Source of the DNA: Pseudomonadota bacterium
GTDB taxonomy: Bacteria > Myxococcota_A > UBA9042 > GCA-2863065
Direction: 5' to 3'
Assembly: GCA_002863065.1 (NCBI GenBank)
Contig: PKDL01000514.1
Coordinates: 65 to 64,064 of the forward strand
Length of the DNA: 64,000 nucleotides
In this document: one piece after another, positions 9,368 through 18,300 of the stretch
Position numbering within the stretch: position 1 is the stretch's first letter
How the letters are laid out: each line of letters begins with the position of its first letter
Position numbers and translations under genes: made by a program
Notes under the pieces: generated by a model
What the model was told of the DNA's origin: nothing
Seen by the model: the letters and a program-made list of their open reading frames with translations, nothing else
Databases searched by the model: none

Positions 9368-11826
9368 CTCGGACGCCCTCCCACGCATTACTAACTTTGG
9401 CGGCGCTGTTTCTGGCCCTATCTGCATGTGATAGTGGCTCATCTACTACGGACCAGACAACCGATCCTACGGACCAAACAGACGCAACGGATGCCATTGA
9501 GGGACCAGATACTGCGGATGGTACGACGACCGATGACAGCACTGACGGCACCGATAGCGGCGACCAAGTAGATGCCACGGATGGAACCGACCAGACAGAC
9601 ACGAATGATACGGGGGATGCCGCAGACAGCCGCGATGCGAGCGACGCAACGGATGATGCATCGAATACCGACGCGACGGACGGTATCGACGCGGTTGATG
9701 CCATCGATGCAGTAGACGCAACCGACAGCGCCACCGGGTCCGATGCGGCGGACGCGGCGGACTACATCGTCTGTGATGCTGGTGATGAGGCGTGGGCAAA
9801 ACGTACCATTGAAGTCCTACTCGGACGAAAGCCGCGCGGCGTGCGAGAGATTAGAGCACTGGCTGATTTGGTATCGCAATCATCTCGCACCGACGTGGCC
9901 AAGGGAATGATGACAACCCCCGAATTCCGCCGACGCTGGGCCATTTGGCTCATGGATGAGGTCCGGGTGAATCGAGTGGGAGATAAAGCGCATGATGTCT
10001 GTTACGGGAGCTTCTATCTGGGTACCCAAGAAACCGGATTTCCAAATACTGAAATCGCCAAGTACATCCGTGACAATGCGCCAGCAGAGTCTAATTTTGG
10101 ATCAACATTCTCAATGCTCGATGTGCTTTTGTCGTCTATCGAATTAGACGATTTATCCCCGTTTTACATGAGCCACCTCTTTGCGATGATGATGAAACCC
10201 ATCACAGGCGCAAATGTAGATGCTGAAGCCATGGACATCACACGCCGACAAGACTTTGGTGAAAATTTCGAGGCGATATATCTGAATCGAAATGTCGTAT
10301 GTGCCGGCTGCCACAACAGCGAGTGGGGAACTACAGATAACGAGGATCCGGAAAAAGATCGGCATCATCCGACCCCGGGCTTGGTAGAAAAGGCGGTATA
10401 TGGCTTCTCGACGGGTCGACCTGAAATGGAAGTGTACAGCGCGTTCCGCAGGCTAGGTATCGTGAGCGACAGCGGTACCCGCCCGTGGGGCATCGTTGGA
10501 GACTGTGGTCGTGTATTAGACCAGCAGAACATCAGCGAAGACTTCGCAGACTACAGCACATACTTCGGCAGCGACCTCGGAAAGACCGCAAGTATTTGGG
10601 ATGTGGAATCATTACTACACAGTGGATTTGACTCTTTACGATCCAGCGGCATGCTGGCCATTGATCCCGACACGGGTGAGGTGCCGGCGGATGAAGCGTT
10701 CGCCTACATGGTGAGTATGCGGATCACGAATCAGGTGTGGCGCGAAGTCATGGGCTTCGGGTTAACACTCGTGCATTACTTCCCACGCAACGTCGAACAG
10801 AAAGACCTGCTGCTCGAACTCACGAATCATTTCGTGATGGAGCAGTGGTCCCTACGGACCTTGCTACTCGATATCGTCACGCACCCATCATACAACGAGC
10901 CGGCACCGATGTCGGGGTGCGGAGACGCGGGCCATGCATACATACTCCCGCCGATCTTCAATCCATGGACGACCGATTACGACAATGAACTCCAAGAGAA
11001 TAACTCCGGAGATGCAATGCATCGTCATGATGCGCGCGTCATGCTGAATATGCTGACTCAGGCGTTAAGCTGGGATGCAGCGCCACTCTTTCCCAATGGC
11101 AGCGAAGAAAACTTTCAAAAAGCAATCGGCGTCTTCGTGAAGGATGCCGAGCCGGGTTTCCGTGGCGTAGATTTCCAAGGTCTGCTCACCTGGGAAGCAC
11201 GCTACGGAGCATGTACTTCTGAAAATGCTGGAGATACCGGGGGCGGATTGACGAACAGCTGCGTGGGGAAATGCGGCGGAGAAGGCGACGAATGCTACTG
11301 CGATGATGGATGCCTGCAGTTTGGTGACTGCTGTCCAGACTTCGAAGCCGTGTGCCAACAAGGTAATCTGCCCGACCTTCCAGAAGGTGCGGATTGGATA
11401 GCCCAGCTACAAGTTGTAGCAAATGCACTGAATACATCGGATGAGCCTACAACCATCCGTGATTTGGTGGTCGCCATGAAAGACCGGTTGATCAATGAAC
11501 CGGACCTGGAGCCTGGAGAAGACCTCCTTTGCGCTAGCCTCTTTGGAGTCGAGTCACTGGACGCGACGATCAGCGACGTCCCCAATTGGCAAGAGCGTAT
11601 GCGATTCTATTGCGGTGTTTTGTTATCTACACCACAGTTCATGCTGACGGGCGTGGTGGGCGACGCGCAAAACACCTCACCTAAACTCACGGTTGGACCG
11701 GCGAACTACAGTAACTACTGCGAGACATGGTCCAAAATCATCTTCGATCCGACCGTATGGACTGTGTCGTGCTATGACGACAATGTGGTGGTTACCCCGT
11801 TTGCACCGCCACTGGGCGCACTGTAA
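9364..11826 (+). CDS. PSCyt/DUF1549-DUF1553-like lipoprotein with CxxCH motif, Asp/Thr-rich linker and C-terminal somatomedin-B-like Cys knot
   Basis: Lipobox LALSAC; D/T-rich low-complexity region (aa 25-125); heme-type motif VVCAGCHNSEW; canonical partner of DUF1501; C-x3-C-x6-C-x-C-x3-C-x5-CC-x-DF-x3-C at nt 11260-11355. Confidence 0.6.
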   Translation: MTRTPSHALLTLAALFLALSACDSGSSTTDQTTDPTDQTDATDAIEGPDTADGTTTDDSTDGTDSGDQVDATDGTDQTDTNDTGDAADSRDASDATDDASNTDATDGIDAVDAIDAVDATDSATGSDAADAADYIVCDAGDEAWAKRTIEVLLGRKPRGVREIRALADLVSQSSRTDVAKGMMTTPEFRRRWAIWLMDEVRVNRVGDKAHDVCYGSFYLGTQETGFPNTEIAKYIRDNAPAESNFGSTFSMLDVLLSSIELDDLSPFYMSHLFAMMMKPITGANVDAEAMDITRRQDFGENFEAIYLNRNVVCAGCHNSEWGTTDNEDPEKDRHHPTPGLVEKAVYGFSTGRPEMEVYSAFRRLGIVSDSGTRPWGIVGDCGRVLDQQNISEDFADYSTYFGSDLGKTASIWDVESLLHSGFDSLRSSGMLAIDPDTGEVPADEAFAYMVSMRITNQVWREVMGFGLTLVHYFPRNVEQKDLLLELTNHFVMEQWSLRTLLLDIVTHPSYNEPAPMSGCGDAGHAYILPPIFNPWTTDYDNELQENNSGDAMHRHDARVMLNMLTQALSWDAAPLFPNGSEENFQKAIGVFVKDAEPGFRGVDFQGLLTWEARYGACTSENAGDTGGGLTNSCVGKCGGEGDECYCDDGCLQFGDCCPDFEAVCQQGNLPDLPEGADWIAQLQVVANALNTSDEPTTIRDLVVAMKDRLINEPDLEPGEDLLCASLFGVESLDATISDVPNWQERMRFYCGVLLSTPQFMLTGVVGDAQNTSPKLTVGPANYSNYCETWSKIIFDPTVWTVSCYDDNVVVTPFAPPLGAL
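9430..9760 (+). repeat. In-frame degenerate codon repeats encoding Asp/Thr/Ala-rich (TDxTD, DA[IV]DA) linker in PSCyt/DUF1553 gene
   Basis: Repeated GACGC/GATGC/ACGGA units visible in sequence. Confidence 0.6.
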
Positions 11827-11865
11827 GACTACCGCTACAAACCAGACAGGACGCGAAGCACTCGC

Positions 11866-13446
11866 ATGCGAATAATCCGACATGTGTCTTTCCGAAGTAT
11901 GTTCCAGGCAGAACTTTCGATCGGAGTCGTAAAATACCTCGCCAACCTCGGACAGCGCGTTGCGCTAGTCCAGGCCGAACGCCAAATGTCCATGCTGGAT
12001 GCACATCTGGGTAAAGCTCCACATACCGTAGCGATATTTTCGGCTGCGCATGATGGATTACAACAGACAGACTACGAAGCCGCCCCGACAGATGCTGAGA
12101 CCTGGTCGCAATGGGCCACATCACACGATATCGATATTCTCTGGCTCAATACTGCACCTGGTGCGGCACTCAGTATACCGGATACTGACGTTAGTTTGGC
12201 GTTGGTAGGACCTTCAATTCAGGAAGCTGAGACTATCGCTGAATGCACTAAGCGCGGTACCGATATCTTAGCGATTTACCTGCCGGCCGACGACATTCCT
12301 CAGACAGAGTTGCAGCACATCACAGCCCTTCTGAGTCACCCCTTTCGGACCTCGCCAAAAACCATAACCGTCCGTTCCAAAGCAATGCCTGTGCTCACGG
12401 ATAACCTACGCTCAAATGAAAAAACGCTCAGCATTGATGAGACCTCGATACAAAAGCTCGCACTCTCTCTCATTGACTCCGACACGCTGACAGAGTCGGT
12501 ACGACCAGCGATAAAAGCGGCGCTGGCGGGTCTCCTAGACAACCCCGACGGCACGTACGCGAAGTTGGCCAGCCTGGCGGAGCTTTACCCCCATCCAGAA
12601 ACACTACTTGCAGTGATGAAATTCTATCGGCTCCAACCTCGGATAGAGCGTCTGCCGCTCGCAGATGCAATCCGTTACTGGCGCATGACTGGAGATGCAG
12701 CACACCCGGTCCTATCGGACATCCTGCAACATGCGCTAGACCATGCGCCACAATCGGTCCCTACGGATTTCGCTATGAGTGTTGCATCCGCTCAGTCGAC
12801 TTTAAATGACACCATCGCGTTAGCGGTCGCTAAACGACTCAACCCACAAAATCAAGTCGAAGCGGTAGCAGTGCTTGAACTGCTAGATCCCGTGGTCCTG
12901 CAGGGCCGAGCCACTGCCAATGACTTAGCCAGTTACCTTCCTTCTCTGGCCACAGTACGAGGGGCAGCAGCAGCTCATGAAACGGCGCGGGAGCAGGCAT
13001 CTCGCTTTCGCACCGTTCCAACCTTCCACATTGCCTGGGCGACAGCACTTCACAATACGGCTGATGACGACATCCTTCGAAACATGCTCGTAGATCCCCG
13101 ATACAACGGTGGGGTAGTGACTCAGAATGCACCGGAACTTGCTAAAGCGATAGCCAACCGATTGGCTCCAGCGGACAGGATGAAAGCAAACGCACTTGTG
13201 GATTATGAAGCGTTTCTGCAATGCATCCGAGACGGGCATACCTCAATACAGTCAGCCGACATCGTTGCGAATGCCGTGAACGAGCTACACCGTCTGAAAC
13301 GTCTCGATGCTGATCAGCAACTGGCATTCTCGCGCGCTTTAGAAGAAGCATCGAAACGCTGGGCAAAACGAAGCTACATGCAGCGTCTCTGGCAAAAGTT
13401 ACCCATAGAACTAGACCCGCTCGTTCCGCTACGACTTCGCAGCTAG
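11866..13446 (+). CDS. Hypothetical protein: degenerate ParA/MinD-like N-domain (no P-loop) fused to long alpha-helical domain; start uncertain
   Basis: N-terminal AELSIGVVKYLANLGQRVALVQAERQMSMLDAHLG resembles MinD/ParA segment after Walker A but GxxGxGK[ST] is absent; rest helical, no other recognisable motif. Confidence 0.4.
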   Translation: MRIIRHVSFRSMFQAELSIGVVKYLANLGQRVALVQAERQMSMLDAHLGKAPHTVAIFSAAHDGLQQTDYEAAPTDAETWSQWATSHDIDILWLNTAPGAALSIPDTDVSLALVGPSIQEAETIAECTKRGTDILAIYLPADDIPQTELQHITALLSHPFRTSPKTITVRSKAMPVLTDNLRSNEKTLSIDETSIQKLALSLIDSDTLTESVRPAIKAALAGLLDNPDGTYAKLASLAELYPHPETLLAVMKFYRLQPRIERLPLADAIRYWRMTGDAAHPVLSDILQHALDHAPQSVPTDFAMSVASAQSTLNDTIALAVAKRLNPQNQVEAVAVLELLDPVVLQGRATANDLASYLPSLATVRGAAAAHETAREQASRFRTVPTFHIAWATALHNTADDDILRNMLVDPRYNGGVVTQNAPELAKAIANRLAPADRMKANALVDYEAFLQCIRDGHTSIQSADIVANAVNELHRLKRLDADQQLAFSRALEEASKRWAKRSYMQRLWQKLPIELDPLVPLRLRS

Positions 13447-13449
13447 CTG

Positions 13450-14226
13450 CTACAGAACTCCACTTCCTTCAATTTCACTATTTTCGGCCATGGAATGGCC
13501 CCGATGAGAAGCATAAAGACTCCGTACCCAGACGAGAATGGGTCGTTCTGCCACCCGGTTCTGTAACATTCGAGCTGGTTCAGGTAAGCGGTCCTGCAGA
13601 CGAAATGGTGACCAGCCAGGCTGAATCAAGGGTGATATCAACGCGGATAGGAGAATATCCGCGGCACTCAGTGTATCTCCGACCAGGAATAACCCGGGCT
13701 CCGGCAGTTCACGTTCAATGGTTGTAAGCGCATCCAAAACCTCCGCCTGAGCATCGCGTGCACGAGTCGGGGACAAGCCCCAGGCCATGTTAATCGCCCG
13801 GCGTATTACGGGAAACATCGTTCGATAAGCAGCGCGTTCGGTTGGGCTTCGTCCAATGCTAAACGCCGCTGCACAAAAAGATGTGTCCTCAAGAATCAAA
13901 GGGAACCAGGCGTCGCGTAGTGGTCTGGCAAGGAGATCGTAAAACCACCGGATCCGCTTTGACACCTCGCTCGTATTTGCCCTCAGTGGACGCTCACTCC
14001 ACGTCGCATCGATATACGATAAAATGGCGGGGCATCCGGCGACCCGCTCGCCAGAATGCTCGAGAACAGGAATACGCCGTTGACCAGTCATTGCGACCAG
14101 CTTTGCCATGTGAGGGCCGGGCAGCATATTCGTGCGATTCCACGGGATTGCCTTATGGTCAAGACTCCAACGGACGGCTTCGGCCACATGTGAGTAGCTG
14201 AACTGATAGAGGGTGGGTGGTGTCAT
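13450..14226 (-). CDS. Glutathione S-transferase family protein
   Basis: N-terminal thioredoxin-like GST fold: LYQFSYSHVAEAVRWSL ... RRIPVLEH ... ILSYID; C-terminal helical domain. Confidence 0.5.
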   Translation of the reverse strand: MTPPTLYQFSYSHVAEAVRWSLDHKAIPWNRTNMLPGPHMAKLVAMTGQRRIPVLEHSGERVAGCPAILSYIDATWSERPLRANTSEVSKRIRWFYDLLARPLRDAWFPLILEDTSFCAAAFSIGRSPTERAAYRTMFPVIRRAINMAWGLSPTRARDAQAEVLDALTTIERELPEPGLFLVGDTLSAADILLSALISPLIQPGWSPFRLQDRLPEPARMLQNRVAERPILVWVRSLYASHRGHSMAENSEIEGSGVL

Positions 14227-14265
14227 GCCGTCTACATTCTCGCGTTTACAGTCTATAAAGATGGA

Positions 14266-15201
14266 TTACACCATGGGTTGTCCTGGGATAACACCCGAAG
14301 AGTTAGCATAAGCCACGATAGCATCGCGCCACACCACAAGTGGACGACCACTTTCCGATAGAAACCAGTGCGCATCTTGCGGCCATAGCGATACCCGACT
14401 CAGCCACGCAGCGCGAGTCAATCCGTTCCGGGTGGCGATAACGTACCGCCCTTCCTCAATAGGAGCGTGTCCCAAACCATACCAGCCCGCTAAGGGCTTT
14501 GACGGTGCTTGGCGAAGACGATCAATAAACTGATATTCGGTACCCGAGAGCACTGCATCATCAAGGCTCATCGGTTTCGTAGCACGAATAAGCACATCGG
14601 ATACTGCGCCAATGGCACGCCCACCAAGGATGGGCGCCTGCTTTAGCCAGCTCGGATTTCGGCGTAGCCAAGGCATCCACATTGGTCCTACCAGTGGCTC
14701 CGGTGCAAGACCGCAGCGATGCAGCCGTTTCCACTCCTGCTTGGGAGAACCGAGTGCTTTCCCATGAGCCAAAAGTCGTAATATGTCGGGATTCCTACCA
14801 ATCTTTATCCGCCCCTGAATCGCCTCAAGAATGCGGACTGTGGGATTGACCAGCGTGTATGCAAGCCGTCCTCCAGGTCGCAGGACTCGTGCGCTTTCTT
14901 GAAGAAATACGTCGCGGTTCATGAGGTTGGCCGCGAAATACAGGCTCACAACTGATCCAAAGTAGTTCTCAGGAAACGGAAGTGCCTCACCATTTCCTTG
15001 TACCCAGCCGAGGTTCCCGTAACGCCTTCGCGCTTGGTCGAGTACTGCTTTATCTATATCCAAGCCGATGCAATCATGCCCAGCCGCAGTAAATCGGGCG
15101 ACTATCCGCCCGTCGCCACAACCTACATCGAGAATAGGCCCGTCGACGACATACTTTTCAACCAACTGATCAACACGGAAAAATCGGGGAGGTGAACTCA
15201 C
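14266..15201 (-). CDS. Class I SAM-dependent methyltransferase with ~150-aa C-terminal extension
   Basis: Motif I ILDVGCGDGRIV, motif post-I GLDID, LRPGGRLAY. Confidence 0.75.
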   Translation of the reverse strand: MSSPPRFFRVDQLVEKYVVDGPILDVGCGDGRIVARFTAAGHDCIGLDIDKAVLDQARRRYGNLGWVQGNGEALPFPENYFGSVVSLYFAANLMNRDVFLQESARVLRPGGRLAYTLVNPTVRILEAIQGRIKIGRNPDILRLLAHGKALGSPKQEWKRLHRCGLAPEPLVGPMWMPWLRRNPSWLKQAPILGGRAIGAVSDVLIRATKPMSLDDAVLSGTEYQFIDRLRQAPSKPLAGWYGLGHAPIEEGRYVIATRNGLTRAAWLSRVSLWPQDAHWFLSESGRPLVVWRDAIVAYANSSGVIPGQPMV

Positions 15202-15358
15202 ACTGGAACAATACCGTTATGCTGGAATGCTTGTCATGTAGCCACCATCGAATGCAGCTTGTGTTTACATTCTCTAAGGTGCATGTCCCATGATTGAGAA
15301 TAATATTCCTCAGGGAATGACTATCAACACCACCCGAATACAACGGTATAGTTGAGCG

Positions 15359-18300
15359 GTGGGTAGGAAATTCAATATCTATCGGCAGCTTGGATTCATT
15401 TGGCTTGCAGTGAGCTGCATTGCCTGTGAACCCAAGAGCACAGCGTTTGTCGCGCCGGAAAGTGTCGCTAACGACGTCGTATTATCGGAGGATATCAAGG
15501 CACCCAACGTGCGCATTCTCCCTGAGCGACCCACCAGCCGCGATGCACTCACTGCTCAGTTACTCTCTCCTGAAGCGGGAGCACAATATCACTTTCGTTG
15601 GATCGTTAATGGAGAGCTACTAGACGATCAAATCGACGAGACACTGCCAGGCGGAACCGTATCGCGGGGGCAATCCGTTGTACTTGAGGTGTCCGCTTCC
15701 AGAGACGGCAGGACCTCTCCCTGGGGAGGAGCCTCAGTGGTTATTGGTAATGCTGCCCCTGTGTGTTTACGCGCGTCGATACTTCCGAATCCCCCGACCA
15801 TTTTTGATTCGATTGAATGCCGTTGCGACGACCTGGATGACCCCGATGATGACCTGGTGGATACATTATGTTTATGGAGTGACCTTGAGCCTACTTTGAA
15901 TTCATGTAGCCGTCCGGCCCCCCATAATTGGCTGACAAATACCCTCCTTACCTGCGAACTCACAGCTATCGACTCTCGGCAAGATGCCGGAACGGTGATT
16001 GCTTCCTCGATGGTAGTAAATACACCACCGACCGGAGGACAGGTGGGGCTACAGCCGGCCCAAGTATTCGAGGATTCTCAAGTCCGTTGCCTGGCGAGCG
16101 GAGCCACTGACCCTGACGGAGTATCTTGGAATTACGATATATTGGTCGACGGGCTGTTGGCCGCCACGGGTCCTGAGGCCGAAATCAACGGTAATAGCTT
16201 CGATAAAGGACAGAGCATCCAATGTATTGCCACCGCGACCGACGGAATAGCCAAAGGACAACCCATTGCATCTGAGACTGTAGTAGTCGGTGACTCGCCA
16301 GCAAGTGTTGTCGCCATACAAGCCACGCCACCCGTCGTAACTCGCCTTCAGACCCCAAGTTGCGACATCACGATGACCGATCCAGACCTGAGTGATATCC
16401 CAGAATCCGTTACGACATGGTGGCGTAATGGTGTGGTTCTCGACTGGGAGCCGGCCAGTCCACTCGGTAATACCGTAGTTCCCGGCGATACGATCTTTTG
16501 CAGTGCAACCCCACTGGACTATCCCGGTGAAAGTACGCCGAAATTATCGAATAACCTTTTAGTCAAGAATCTCGGACCTGACCTGGCCGGGGTCGATATT
16601 CTCCCTGAAGCGCCCACCATCTCAGATGTACTCACGTGTGTACCGTATGCGCACGATCCCGAAGGGGACCCCATGGTATTTAGCTATAGCTGGTCGGTTG
16701 ACGGCGCCCAAATTACGGATGCCGGCGCGACGCTCAGCGGTATCACCGCGGGGTCCTTAGTGCAATGCGAAGTGCAAGTCAGCGATGCGTATGGTGATAC
16801 CGCGTCAATGGCATCGTCCACCGTCGCCGTAGTGCACTCTCCTCCATACATCGAGGGGATTGCTATGCTGCCAACAACTCCAGGACCGTGCGACTCTGTG
16901 AGCTGCATTGTCAACGATGTCAGCGACCCCGATGGAACGAGTAATCTCACTATAGCGACCACCCTTCTTCTCAACGGCGTACCCACTTCAGAGACGACCT
17001 TTGCGGTAGGTGCAGAGCTACAATGTATTGCGACAATCACCGACGAGACGGGACTCAATGTCACGGCTTCATCCACCATCAGCCAGGTTACAAACACCCC
17101 ACCAACACTGTCGGCAGTCACGATTTCACCCGCGCAACCGACGGCAGGTGATACCCTGACTTGTGCACCGGTCGATGCAATCGATCCCGATTGCAACACT
17201 CCACCCGCAGCTATCATCGAATGGGTGAGTGAAGCAGGGGTGACTTCTGGTGGCGCATTAGAAACCACAGCCGAACAAGCAGGCCAACAAGTCACGTGTT
17301 CCTTGACGGTATCAGACGGCTACGACTCGTCGACTGCGGTGCAGTCTACGGTCACGCTGGCGCCCCCACCAAGCCTTCCCACGGTGACCATAACCACCGA
17401 TATCAACGGGTCGGTTATATGCTCGCCGGAATCACCGCTAAATTCCCCGTCGTGGTTTTGGCGCGTAGGAAACAATGACGAATTCCAAGGGCCCTGGTTT
17501 TTGCCACCATCGACGTATCAGGACTGCGATCGTGTCACTTGTCGTGCAGAAAGTAATGGCCTGGCGACCAATATCGCTGAAGCCCTAATACCACTGGGGC
17601 CTGACTGCGATGACGGCTCACTCTGTACCCTAGATACCTGCTCACCTGCGGGCGGCTGTAGCCATACGGCATTGTCCGGCGCCTGTGATGATGGCGATAA
17701 CTGTACCGAGAATGATGCATGCCAGGACGCGATATGCAGCGGGTCCCCAACCGACTGTGATGATGACAACCCGTGCACCACGGAGCTTTGCGTGTCTGGC
17801 TTCGGATGCAATTACGGATATGCCAATGGGCCTTGTGATGATGGCGATGCCTGCACTCTCGATGATTATTGCATCGAGGGCAGCTGCGGCTTCGCCTCAA
17901 CCGCCATATGCGATGATGGAGATGTATGTACTGATGACGCCTGCGACTCCGAATTAGGCTGCATCGGTTGGCCCAATGTGTCTGTGTGCGATGATGGGAA
18001 TTCCTGCACACATATGGACGTATGTGCTGATGGTGACTGTCAAGGTAAACCGCTCACCGAATCAATCACTTGCCCCGATCCCGCGAGTCCCCTCGGGTAC
18101 TGCAGCAATGGGGTGTGCGTGAGCAATATCCCCCCACAGATCCCAATCCTCACGATATCACCCAGCATAGCGCAGGCAGGCAGCCCATTGATCTGCTCCG
18201 CAGTCGCTACTGATCCGGACAGCTGGCCAGCGCCAATGCAGTACACATTCCGTTGGACGCGAGAGCCAGCGGGGATTCAAATTGCTGATGGTCCAGAACT

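Noticed and set aside
9336-9799. Minus-strand ORFs 9336-9734 and 9467-9799 encoding Ser/Val/Ala-rich and His/Arg/Pro-rich low-complexity proteins
   Set aside because: They are antisense translations of the Asp/Thr-rich codon-repeat linker inside the PSCyt/DUF1553 gene, with low complexity and no independent signals.
17518-18011. Minus-strand ORFs rich in His/Arg/Cys, and other short ORFs across 15600-19350
   Set aside because: They are antisense or off-frame shadows of the Cys-codon-rich repeat region of the giant lipoprotein gene.
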